In this document: one piece after another, positions 40,214 to 53,000 of the stretch
Position numbering within the stretch: the stretch's first letter is position 1
Layout: every line of letters begins with the position of its first letter
Origin: Paraspadella gotoi
Lineage: Eukaryota > Animalia > Chaetognatha
NCBI GenBank assembly: GCA_051294375.1
Contig: CM119266.1
Location: 9,804,538 to 9,868,363, forward strand
Direction: 5' to 3'
Length of the DNA: 63,826 bases
The notes under the pieces: model-generated
Database searches by the model: none
What the model saw: the letters and a program-made list of their open reading frames with translations, nothing else
Told to the model about the DNA's origin: nothing
Translations under genes and position numbers: made by a program

Positions 40214-40948
40214 TTGGAGTGGAGCGGGAGTGTGGAGGGGGGGGTTGAGTGGAGTGGATTGTGAGTGGAGTTGGGGTGGGTTATTTTTTTAATTATTAAT
40301 TTGTTAAAATTTAAATAAAAAGAAATAATAAATGCAGTAAGTGGAAGTGGATAAAAGAAAGGGAAATTTCTAAATTAATCGCCAGGAAGATTCTGTTTTC
40401 TCTGTCAATCTAAATTTAGTAAATTTGCGCTCTCTCTCTCTCTCTCCGTCTCATTGGAGAGAAAAATGAGTGAACCTAATCTCTGGAAACGAAAGGAAAA
40501 CAGATAAAGATGAAGGAAAAAGGAAAGGAAAAAAGAGCCAAGCCGGAAGAGAGAGAGAGAGAGNNNNNNNNNNAGAGAGAGAGAGAAAGCTTTTATGATG
40601 ACGCGGGTCATAAACTTGGGCAAACACCGGGAATAGATCTGACCACTAGCGAATTCATTGATCGATTGATGTTAGAACTGAGAATAGAAGTTCGGAGCAA
40701 AAAAAGGCGCGTCTATAAATAGAATTAAATAGTTGAGTATTAGTGGAACTTCAGGTTTGGGGTTTGGGGTGTGTTATTATTTTTCTTAAACCGCGTAATT
40801 AATCATTTATTATCATATTTTTTTGAGAGAGAGAGAAGAGAGAGACGAGGAGAGAGAGGAGAGAGAGAGAAGACCCGAGAGACGGAGTGAAGAGGAGAGA
40901 GATGGAGAGAGGATGAGAGAGAACAATCACATAGTCCTCCAAGACATC

Positions 40949-41608
40949 CGTGTATCTTGGTTCAGTTTCTGTCGCAAAGCTACAAAGAACGTGCAACCGT
41001 TCAAAACATCCTTCGTGTGAAAGCGGACACGGTTCCACAGCGCGTCGTCGTCGTCGCTACGTCGTCGTTCGTCGTCGTCGCGTCTCGTCGCGTGAAATTG
41101 AAAACTCTCGCTCGGATGACACGAAGCAATCAAAATAAAATTTCCAATTATTCAGGAGAAAAACTTTTTTCTTCCCGATATAAAAACAAACGCAAATTTG
41201 AAAATAGAGAACACGAAAGGGAAAACTCTAATTGCCAGTGGGACAGGAAACAAAGAAAAAAGAAAGGAATAACAAAAAAAGGAGGACAGAGAAAAGAAGA
41301 GAGAGAGAGAGAGAGAGAGAATGAAGAGACGAGAGAGCAGAGAGATGAGACCGAGAGAAGAGAGAGAGGAGGGAGAGAGAGAAGAGAGCTCGTAAAAAAC
41401 CTTGGGAAAGGAAAAAGGNNNNNNNNNNNNNNNNNNNNNNNNNTTTGTTATTCCTTTTTTCTTTTTTCCTCCCACTGCATTAGAGTTTTCCCTTTCGTTT
41501 CTCTTTTCAACTTTTCGTTTGTTTTTATATCGGGAAAAAAAATTTTTCCCGATATATTGGAAAATTTTTATTTTGATTCTCGTTCATCGAAGCGAGAGTT
41601 TCAATTTC

Positions 41609-41660
<52 letters not shown>

Positions 41661-41734
41661 TGTGAACCGTGTCGCTTTCACACGAAGGTTGAACGGTTGC
41701 ACGTTCTTTACTTTGCAGAAACCGAAGATACACG
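40949..41734. repeat. Inverted duplication flanking a 25-N gap
   Basis: 40949-41276 is an imperfect reverse complement of 41444-41734. In addition, 40900-40949 recurs directly at 41788-41839. Confidence 0.8.
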
Positions 41735-41745
41735 AGAGAGAAGAG

Positions 41746-41778
<33 letters not shown>

Positions 41779-42353
41779 GAGAGAGAGTGATGGGAGAGGT
41801 GAGAGAGAACAATCAAAATAGTTCCTCCGAAGAACATCCNNNNNNNNNNNNNNNNNNNNNNNNNNNNNNNNNNNNNNNNNNNNNNNNNNCGACCGACATT
41901 TTTCGGTCAAAATCAAACTGTCGTAAGAAGTCGATTCCTGCTCGTCCCATTTCATGTCAATAACATTTGAATCTTTATTTTTATCAATGTTGTGCCAATA
42001 GCTACTACTACGTAGGCAATTAGTGAGTGGGAAGTGGCGAAGACAGGCGCTTCGACAGGCGCTTCGACAGGCGAAAGCGGATAAGCTAAGACAGAGGTCA
42101 TCTCCGTCGCTGTCGTCGTCGTCGTCGTCGTCATCGCCGTCGCTGTCGTCATCGTCGTGACGAGGATGACGCGAGGTCGAAAAGTCAAAACTGAAAGGGC
42201 GAAGGTGAGGTCAAAGAAGTAAGGAAGAAAAGGGCTGGTGATGAGTTCGCAGCCACACGAGTTCATATGTGGGGGAATCCTGCTCTGTAGATATTGATCA
42301 ATGGGCTTAAGCCCTAAGTTAGGAGAGATTGTAATAGATTACTATTTCGTTTG

Positions 42354-42402
<49 letters not shown>

Positions 42403-42414
42403 TCTCTCTCTCTG

Positions 42415-42463
<49 letters not shown>

Positions 42464-44847
42464 ATCTCTCTCTCTCTCTCTCTCTCTTATGAACCTTCGG
42501 CTTTCATATCTTCTTCCCTCCCATTTAGGTTTTCTTTACATTAAAACCTAAAAAAGCGGATCTCGCTAACGACGACTTTTCAGGAGATGGAATTTCTCCT
42601 TCTTTTCTCCTTNNNNNNNNNNNNNNNNNNNNNNNNNNNNNNNNNNNNNNNNNNNNNNNNNNNNNNNNNNNNNNNNNNNNNNNNNNNNNNNNNNNNNNNN
42701 NNNNNNNNNNNNNNNNNNNNNNNNNNNNNNNNNNNNNNNNNNNNNNNNNNNNNNNNNNNNNNNNNNNNNNNNNNNNNNNNNNNNNNNNNNNNNNNNNNNN
42801 NNNNNNNNNNNNNNNNNNNNNNNNNNNNNNNNNNNNNNNNNNNNNNNNNNNNNNNGAGAGAGAGAGAGAGAGAAAATGGGGAATTCGATTATCGATGATG
42901 AAAAGAGGAAAAAAGACTCTAGGGTTGTGACTCGGATTTAAGATGTACGGATTTAGAAATATGTACGGATTTAAGGCTCAGATTTACGTTTCGGATTTGG
43001 GGGGGGGCAATATTAAAAAGGCACCACGATGGGAAGTAACAGTTTTCAGTGAGAGAGAGATCCGTGCAAAAGAAATTCGGGCCACATTTTTCAAAGGGGC
43101 ACCCATTTAAGGTTAAGTTTATATATTTAAATTGATTTTAAGATATGGATTAATCCTATGTATTGGGGATCAGGGTTAGGAATTAGGCCAAGGGATTAGC
43201 GATTAGATCTAAGGATTCTGTTATGGTTTTTGTCAAAGATTATCTCAGTTAAATTAAAATCAAATTGAGTAATTAAGCACAAAAGCGTGTATCGTTGGGA
43301 AACAGTGCCGAAATTGGCGCGACCGATTGGCAAACACCGAAATCAAGAACGAAACGATATTTATTAATAGAGAAGGAGAACGTGGACGACGAAGANNNNN
43401 NNNNNNNNNNNNNNNNNNNNNNNNNNNNNNNNNNNNNNNNNNNNNNNNNNNNNNNNNNNNNNNNNNNNNNNNNNNNNNNNNNNNNNNNNNNNNNNNNNNN
43501 NNNNNNNNNNNNNNNNNNNNNNNNNNNNNNNNNNNNNNNNNNNNNNNNNNNNNNNNNNNNNNNNNNNNNNNNNNNNNNNNNNNNNNNNNNNNNNNNNNNN
43601 NNNNNNNNNNNNNNNNNNNNNNNNNNNNNNNNNNNNNNNNNNNNNNNNNNNAAAAAAAAAAAAAAAAACGGAGTTAAAAAAAATAAATAACATTAAAAAA
43701 AAAGAACAAAATAATTGGGAAAAAAATCGTTTCATTCTCTTAATTCTTAACTTAATCTCTAACCGAATATATATAATATATATTATATATAATATATAAC
43801 TGAATATTCAACTCAAATCCCTAACCTTAAACTTAATCTTAATCTTAATCTTAAGATTAAGATTAAGATTAATCTTAATCTATGTCCCTATTTAATAACC
43901 ATATTCCTTAACCTCATCCTTAACTAAAACACTTTTTTCAAATGCCTAATAATAGCTTATAATATATATAATAATATATAATAATATAATAATATATAAT
44001 AAAAGCTATAATATAGGTTTGATATAAGTTATACCAAACCTAATTCTTATACATAATAGCCAAATTTAGCCATTGCTTCGAAATGCTCGTTTTCGTCTCA
44101 TTTCCTTATTCAATCTTATTTAGTATAAGTACCACAACTTAGGATTAATTCTAGCCCGTGTCATCGCGGGCGTGGAATGAAGGACTCTTGATCCAAACCT
44201 GTCACGGACAACTAAGAATTTATTCGAGCATTGAACCCGGGAAGAGTTAGCGTGACAAATTGAGTTAGTCTGCCATGCTATCGAGTCGAACATTGCGCGT
44301 TTTCCTTTATTTCATTCATTCATTCATTCATTCATTCTTTTTTTCATTCGTTGATTGATTCATTCATCCATTCATACATCCATTCATTCATTTATTCATT
44401 AGACCATTTATAATATATTGATTCTTCTTATTTTCTTAGTCATCATTGCCTATAATATGTTTCACTTTCTCTTACTCCATTTTGTTTCATTCATCGTCAT
44501 TTTCTTCGCTTTTTGATTCATTCATATTTCTTTCATATTTCATTCATATTTCATTCATATTTCATCTTCGTCTTTTTTCTCTCACTTGTTACTGACGTCA
44601 ATTTGTCAAAAAATCTGTCAGAATCGTTGCGATGCAATTCACGACAGGATCCTCGTCGTCGACATTGTTGGAACTGACGTCGTCATCTTTAAGCTCTTTG
44701 TTGACGTATGCAAATGTTCTTGTTAAAAAAATGTAAACGTTCTAACATCAGTTGTCAGCGTTATCGTCGTCGTCTTCGTCGTCGTTCTTACAGACGTCGT
44801 GTTCTCAATCGTTTTCTTGTTATTCATCTCTGTCGAATCGAACGTCA

Positions 44848-44887
<40 letters not shown>

Positions 44888-45199
44888 ACAGGAAAAAGAA
44901 ATAAACATAACACAACGCTTCATGCCGAAGGCGCGNNNNNNNNNNNNNNNNNNNNNNNNNNNNNNNNNNNNNNNNNNNNNNNNNNNNNNNNNNNNNNNNN
45001 NNNNNGTCTCATCTCTCTTCTCTCCTCTGCGTCTCGATCTCTCTAGTGCTCAGTCCGGTCCGATCTCTCTCGTTCAGTCTCTCTCGTCGTCTCTCTCACC
45101 AAACGAGATTAATCTCCATAGACTTTGTTTCTCCATATAAACAAGCGCGTGTACTCACCGTTCGGTAGAAACCAGAAGCTCGCGCTGCGCATGATAATT

Positions 45200-45250
<51 letters not shown>

Positions 45251-47038
45251 CTCTCTCGTCTCTTTTTTTTTCTAAGCTCGTTATGAAGGTTGCGTACGTT
45301 TAGTAGAATAAATCAGCCGCGAGGGTCGCTAGCGTCGCCGGCTGTCGTCGCGATATCCAACAAAAAGGGCAACGCCTCGAGTCTAAGCCCGTTTTCTCGT
45401 ATCCATTCATCTCTATTTTTTTTGTATTATTTTTTTTTGAAGCGTCCACGTGTCTTTATAAAACGCAATTTTTTTTTATAATTCTAAATCATCTAAATTT
45501 CGTGAAATAAATATATTCTAATTTTCAGGCTCTAAAGTTTAGCGGTCGATCGCAAAAACAATTAAAACCGACCGCTTTAATAATACATTTATTTATAAAC
45601 ATTATTTCAGGTATAAAAAACAAATGACGCCTCCTTGAATATCGTTTACTCATCTCTTCGCCGCCATCTTGTTTTCTTCCTCTGAATTTTTCTTTTCTTA
45701 TTCTCGATCCTCGAGGCGGATTATTAGTGGAGGTCGTTGATAAGGAGGAGGAGGAGGAGGAGGAGGAAAAAAGAGAAGTTAAGGAGAATGAAGATGAGAA
45801 TGAAGATGAGAAAGAGAAAGAGACCGAGGTTGAGAAACTTCATAATAGGTGTAGAATGACAAAAAAAAAGTAAATTGACGAAAACTTATTGATAAAGTTT
45901 AATAAAGATGAATACAGATGAATACAGATGAATACAGATGGACATTGGGCAGTTTTCTACAGAGGGAACAAAGCCAGATTGATTTAATATCAGTCCAGGG
46001 GCACAAATGGCACCAGAGAAAATCGGCTCACGGTTTCGGTTTTATGCTGACGGGACGAAGTTCCGAAAGCCAGAAATGGGCCGGTTGACCGTGGGACGGT
46101 TAATGACCGATACGACGACGATGGCGACGACGACGACGATGATAACGACGACGACGACGATAACGACGACGATTTGAGGTCGGTTAATCGTTTGTAATGA
46201 AGACGGAGCCAGGTTTTTATGAAAGGGAGGAGAGGTTAAAGGGGAAGGAAGAGAGAGAGAGAGAGAGAGACGATCGTTACAAAAGGATAATTCTGAGTAG
46301 AAATAAATGTTTACTCTTTTTCAATATGTATGCTACTTCGGAACAGCAACAGAAACAGAAGGGACATTTCATAGAAGAAGAAGAAGGAGGAGAGAGAGAT
46401 AGAGAGGGAAATGAAGAAGAAGAAAACAAAAAAAAAAAAGAGTCAGTACAATCAGTACAAAAAGGATCATTCTGAGAATGAATTAAAATTGAATATATAT
46501 TAATTACAAATGTTAGTAAAAATTTTTAAAAAAGCATATTATTTTTTTCCAAAGAAAAAATAAAAAAGGGTCAATAAAAAATGCCAAAAAAAACCGCCAA
46601 AAAAAACACATTTTTTCATGGCCTTTCTTTTCTTGGAAACCCATACCGTATGGAATAATAATAATAGGGCAGAAGTTTCGTACCGACCACCGACGACCGA
46701 CCGACGAAAATCTGAAAAACCAAGGGGGGAAAGGAAAGGAAAAAAAAAAAAACTCGTGAGCGAGCGGTTTGTTTTTTTTTCACTTTTCCCCCCTTTTTTT
46801 TCGGAGAGAGAGAGAGAAAGAGATAGTAACTAAATTTACTACTACTAATAACTTAGCTTTATTCGTCGGTGGCGTCCATCTTCTTCTTCTCGGCATCCAT
46901 TTTCTTCGTTTAGACCCGGGAGAGAGAGTCGCATTTTTATAGGCAAATTTTTTTTTTTTTTTTTATCTCTGCCGTTTATCTCGCTGTGGCGGTGGTTGAA
47001 GAGATTCGTTAATAGAGTAGGTAAAACGGTGGTTTTAA

Positions 47039-50000
47039 TTAAAAAATAAATAAAATAAAAATTGTTACTACGATAATCGATATCGAATAAAAGTCGTTCG
47101 CTTTTTGGACGGAGAGAGGTCCCGCTGCAGCGACAGCTGCGTCGACGCTGCTAAAAGTTACTCTCTCTTTCCGCTGCATCATTCCGCTCATTCTCTCCGA
47201 GTCCGCTACTACTGCTCCTCCTCCTCTTCTAGGTTGATAAGAGTCGTCGTCGTCGTCGCTTCTCGTCGTCCTCGCCGTCGTCATCGTCCCACTTTCGTCG
47301 GCCATTCTCGTCGTCGTCCATTTTTTTTCGTCATTCTCGTCGTCGTCGTCGTCTCTCTCTTCGGCAATCCAAGATAGCGCGGCTCGATGCGCCAGATGAT
47401 GGTTCAAGGGAAGGGAATAATAGGCTCAGCCAGAAGCGTTTGTCCTATTAATAATATATGTATGTATGTATGTATGTATAATAAATGTAACAAAAAAAAA
47501 CGCGACGACTAACTTCGAAATTGCTGAGGGAAATTTTTTCCATTCGACCTTGAACATGGAATATCCGCCGTTTCTAATTGCGCGAGCCTGTGTCGTCTTG
47601 GGCCGATCGTGACTCAAGACGTCTTCGTACCAACTCGTTATTATTTACGTATTTACAATATTATATAATTTATATATATTTCTCTCTTTCCTCACCGGTA
47701 TTGGTCAAACGTTGAGCCACCAATCTTTTAGTTATTCCTATTACATCTGGCGCTTTTTTCTAATATTTCGATCCTCTCGGGAAAAAGGCCACCTTGCCGC
47801 AGCGGCGGCGCAGCGGTAGGGGTAGCGGCGGGAAAACAACCCCTATCATCGTCGTCGAGGAGGCCTCCCCTAATCGCGGAGCTAGAGGAGGCGGAAGGAG
47901 GAGGGTGGCTTCCCCGACGCCTCGAGAATCCGGCGAGAGAGTTGGGGGGGCCTTGGAAGGCCCCCCCCAACCCTCTTCTCGCGCGGATTTTCCAGGTGTG
48001 ACAAAAATTTTTTTTTCTCCTCCGCCCCCTCTCCTCCTCCCATCTCCTCCCCCCTCCTCGCCTCGAAAAATTTTTTTTTTGGGGAGGGAGGAGGAGGAGG
48101 GGAGGAGGAGGGGGGGAAGGGGAGGGAAGAGAGAGGGAAGATAGGCGGAGGGGAATTGGACGGCGAGTACAGGAGGCGGGGTAAACGAAGAAGAAGGTGG
48201 ACTGAACCTTCCCTCGGGTTATCGTTATTTTCTTTTTTTGGCTTTTTCCTCCCAACAGTCCCCCTTGATTCTGCTAATCTCTAGGTCGTCTTCGTCGTCG
48301 TCCAAATGCCTCCAAGAAGAGGACGAAAAAGAAGAGGAGGACGGTCGCCACCTCCCTTTCTCGATTATCTCGAGTAGATCGACCTCGGGATCGTAATCTT
48401 CTCGAGTGGGCGCCGGGGGTGCCTCGAGAAATAGGGGAGGAATTTCGGGGGGGCGGAGTCGCGATCGACGCCTCGCCCAGGGACCGTGGTCCTCGGGTAA
48501 CTCAAAGGGCCAGGTTCTGCCGCCGCCGGGCCGCCGCAGCCGTCATAGTTTTCCAAAGAATAGCATTTCGGTTTGAGAGAAACGCACTTGTATAAAAAAT
48601 CCGCCCCGGATTCGTCTGACGAGAGAATGAGAGAATGAAAGAGAGAAAGAGAGAGAGAGGAGGGTTCTCACCTTTTAAGCAACCGAGTCTGTTCCTATTA
48701 CGATCCCTCCACATTCGTAATATAGGTATTCTATCCTTGTTTTTCCAACCAATACGGATGGGTTTCTTCCGGGACTATAATTAAGTATATAAAATAATCT
48801 AATAATGATAATATATTAATCAATTATTATTTTACTGTCTTTAACGGTCCAAAATGAAACAGAGGTGGGCCCAATCGCGCCAAAACGAAGCCAGTCGACT
48901 CTCGTATCGGAAAGCCAAGACGAAGGAATCCTAATTAATATTATTATTATTATTAAAACGATTATTATTTTTTTCTTCTTAAAATCAAAATTAAAATCAC
49001 CGTGTCTTTTGTTGCACGCCTCAATGCTCACGTCGGTCTAGCTTCGTTAAACACTCTTCTTTGTATTCATTTGAAAGAATAATATGTTAATAAATTCGAG
49101 TTTTCCAGTATGCGTCCTTAATTAATTAATGAGTTAATTAATTAATTATTAATTCATTATTTTTAAAAATTCTAACCTCCGACCATGATCGCTTGTTCAA
49201 GACGCAAGCGTTTTTCTCGAATTTTAACAAAGATCAAAAGAATCGGAGAGGGTCTCGGCAGCTGTGAAATCGGCGCCGATTCATCGCCGTCTGGCCAATT
49301 TTTTGTCGAAATACAAACGGATATTGTGTTTTCTCGTACGTTTCGATGGTCTATGTATAATATAAAAAAAGTTTGTAACTGGAATATTATATATGAATAT
49401 TACTATAATCAGTTTAACCTTGCGTACAAACTGTTTACGATCGTCTTGTAATGATTCTTTAGGAATGGCGATCGGCTCGGTTTCTTTTTCGGTAAGTAAT
49501 CGACAAAAGGCTTTGACGTAACGTTTCTTTGATCTAACGGTATCCGGCCGTTAATTTTTTCTACCCGTAACCAGTTCTAAACGCCAATTTAAAACCATGT
49601 AATTGATTACGTAATTTCCTTTCTTCCACGCAAGTAATCAATTTAGGATAAGAGCCGAGTCGAATCCGTAACGTTTGGCCAGTCGTATCGTTCGAGGAGA
49701 CAGTTGGTTTTCGGCGCCGGTCCTCTTCTCGCCGAGGGGGGGGGTACGCTCCCAAGCTAGAAGTGCAAATGATCGGGCAAATAATATGTCCACTCTACTA
49801 TGAAGCCACGTTCGCCTCGTGGGTCCAATTCCTTGTAAACGACCGTCTTCGTCATGGCCAAAATATCGGCTAGCTGATTACTCGGGATGGTGAAAAAACT
49901 CCTTTCGCAGAGGGTACGACATCGAATTTACCTAAATATTCAAAAAAAAAAAACGCGGAAATAATAGTTTCCATGTTTTATTTAATTAATATATTATACT

Positions 50001-53000
50001 TAACATAGAGATGGTAAAAATCTTGATAAATAAGTGGGTACTGCCCTCGTCCTCGTAGTCGAAACCCACTTGGTCATTGTTCGCCACGGCGTAGCGCTCC
50101 GGAAACGCGCATATGCCCCCCCGAATCAATACGCTCGAGGTCAAATATTGAAGGGAAAATCGGCTTCGCCGAATAATGGAATTTTCCACTTTGGTCATCG
50201 ACAAAAAAATGTCGGAGACCGATTCCCCGCGAACCGTAGTAATGTGGGTCGGTGAAATGCGTGAAGTTTCACGGTATTTTTCGATGAAATATTCAAAAAA
50301 CGGCTTCCAAGGTCAAGACGTCTATGATGTTATAAAACAGAATAAACTGTCCAAAGTCCGCTAAAGTCAAACATTCGGTAAATGCCGAGCGTCTTTTCGT
50401 AATCTTTCTCGACTACAAATTTCCTTGACATGTCGTCCGTAAATTCATCGATGGAGGGAAGGTCTGGATCGCTCAAGCGGTCAACGAAAATGCGAATATG
50501 GCATTTTTATTTTTTTGTAAAATTTCCATGAAATTTTGACCCTTAGCCTCTCCATAGGTTTCCGCGATTATATTCGGTATACCGGTTTGAAAAGTTCTTT
50601 CAAAGTTTTAAATTTGACCACATTCTACGCAAGGGCCGTGACCACTGGTTCCGACAACAAACGCCCCCCCCTTTTTTCTCTCGATTCCGTAGTCAGATTA
50701 TCGTCGAACAAAAGCCGCGAGGGAGGAAGACTGAAACCTGGTGGTGGTTGGGTTGGGGGGAGAGAGAAGAGATAATTTAATAGTTAATTTAGTTTTATAC
50801 TATTCCTTGTTTTAATAAAATACCTATAAGTACATTTCCACTCTGATTGTACCTTTTTTTGGGAACATTGACAGGTCAATCCCTCGTCTCTTCCTTTCGA
50901 TCTCTGACGATCCATTTCGGAGAAGATTCCGACTTGCGCCTCGTTCGCATCTCGTTGGCCGGAAAAAAGTAATCGTGATCCTGTTCGCTACGAATTCGAA
51001 TTCGATCTACGTCGTCGTCGAACTGATCCTATCGTCGTCATTATCCGTCGTCATCTCGTCGTCCGTCGTCGTCGTAGTCTTTCTCGGGCCTTTGTTTTAC
51101 AAAAATCGCAGTTAAACCTCGAGCAGGATAGAGAGAGAGAGGGGGGGGGGGGGGAAGATAAAGAGTCGTCGAAAATGCGCCATCGTGCGGAGGAGGAGGA
51201 AAATCACCCTTTATGTCGAAGGAGATATAATTCTCTTCATCGAAGATTCCGTCAGAATATTGGTGACGGACTTGACGTTAAAGTCGCTGTTACGATCTTC
51301 AAAAGCGTGAAAGATTGCCGCGGCGTCGAAATTCATGTTATGGAACAGGAGCAACACTTGCGATCTTACGGTATATTTCGCGTTGCAAAAGATTCTTTAA
51401 TAATAAGGAAAAAAAGAAAAAAAGGGGTTTTTTTGTTTTTTTTAAAAAGTAAATTTCCACTCGCTCGCTAACCTGCACATGGTTGCCCTATAATTCCCAG
51501 TACCGCCAACAATGATCCAGCACGCGATGGTTGGTACTCTCGTTCGTGAGACCTCGTGACAACAGTCGCAATGAGTGGCTTCGGTGTGCCTCTTCAACTC
51601 TTTCGTCGGTCAAAATTGGGGATCCGGAAATAAATGGAGCAGGACCGTACAAAAGCTTAGCGTCGTCTCTCAAGGAGGCGATGAATAGCTTGGCGCAATT
51701 CGGACCGATAAAAGATCTCGGAAGAAAATGGTCTTCGGAGAACTCGCGTGTGAACTTTGTAGCATACGAAAGCGGACATATCTCGCTGTAAATTCCAAGG
51801 ACCGCGCGATCTCCAACACTGTTCAAAGCGGTGCAAACTTGACCAATTTGTCACGTGGTTCAAGATGTAAGTCAGTCTTGACCCAAGGATAATGGGATCA
51901 TCTTCTTCGGTCAAAGGTTGTTGACATCCCGGGAGCCGTTCGACCTCTGCCGCCGCTTTGGCATAGGTCTCAAAAATCCGCGTATATCACGTACGGGTGT
52001 CGTAACGAGTAATGATGATGTTTAACTTCATCACGGACCCGGGTTGAGGATATTTGACACCTGCGTTTGTCGAAGAACGCAAATTCGAAAAATGGACAAA
52101 AAGGTATACTCTCGACTCCGTGGAGTAAAGACATCTGAAGGATAGGGGGTGTGGGGGAGAGGGTTAGTGAGAAAAGAAGAAAAAAGAGAAGGAAAAGAAT
52201 AAAAGAACTTGGCCTAGGACAAACGTGTTTGTTCTTTTGTTAAGATGAACCTTGTTTGTCCGAGAAGACGAGACATAGAGTTAATAGTACAAAAGTGGGA
52301 TGACTTTTTGTTGTATAATTTTAACAAATTTACAACCTTAACGTTCGAATTCAAAGTTCCGTTTCGGTCCGATACGTAAAAGGGGAAAAAGAAATGCTCT
52401 TATTTTTCCCCTATCGTTCATCTTGCGCACGTAAGAGTACGCGTTTATCGCCGAGCGAGGGGTTCAGGGCTTCGGATCTTTTTTAGATCCGATATCGAAA
52501 CGGGCAACTTTTCGAGAGGTCGCCGAAATTAATCTCTCGCGGAATGCTTTGAGATATTTACCCGGCCTCGATTTGGAATCGTCGATCTCCGGATGAAGCC
52601 CCGCTAAAATAGCGGAAATCAATAAACAGTTCCTGATCTCTCTCGATCTCACGTTCGTGACTGCTTTTTTTTCCGATTAATGAAATCGGAGTCTTAATGA
52701 CGAGCCGATGACTTTTTTGGACCGCAGATTGTAAAAGAAAGAAGAAGAATGCGGATAAAAGTCAAATCCGCCTGGCTCACGTTTGAAATATAAGAAGCTT
52801 CCTGATAATACAAAAAAAAGAGAGAAATGTAAAATAAAATATTCGCGAGTAAAATGAAGAAGAGAAAAAAATACCTGATCCAATTTGTTTTCAATTGCAA
52901 GGAAAATAGGGCCCATGATACGATCCAAAACCTTCATCAAATCCGTCCCAGATTGATGAGCTCCGATTTGTGGTCGTAATAAATTGCACGTTTCATCGTG

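Noticed and set aside
43834-43873. Palindrome of TTAATC/GATTAA units
   Set aside because: A simple-repeat inversion in AT-rich low-complexity sequence.
45938-45975. Second protease (DGHWAVFY)
   Set aside because: An isolated HW with no supporting Asp/Gln/Cys blocks.
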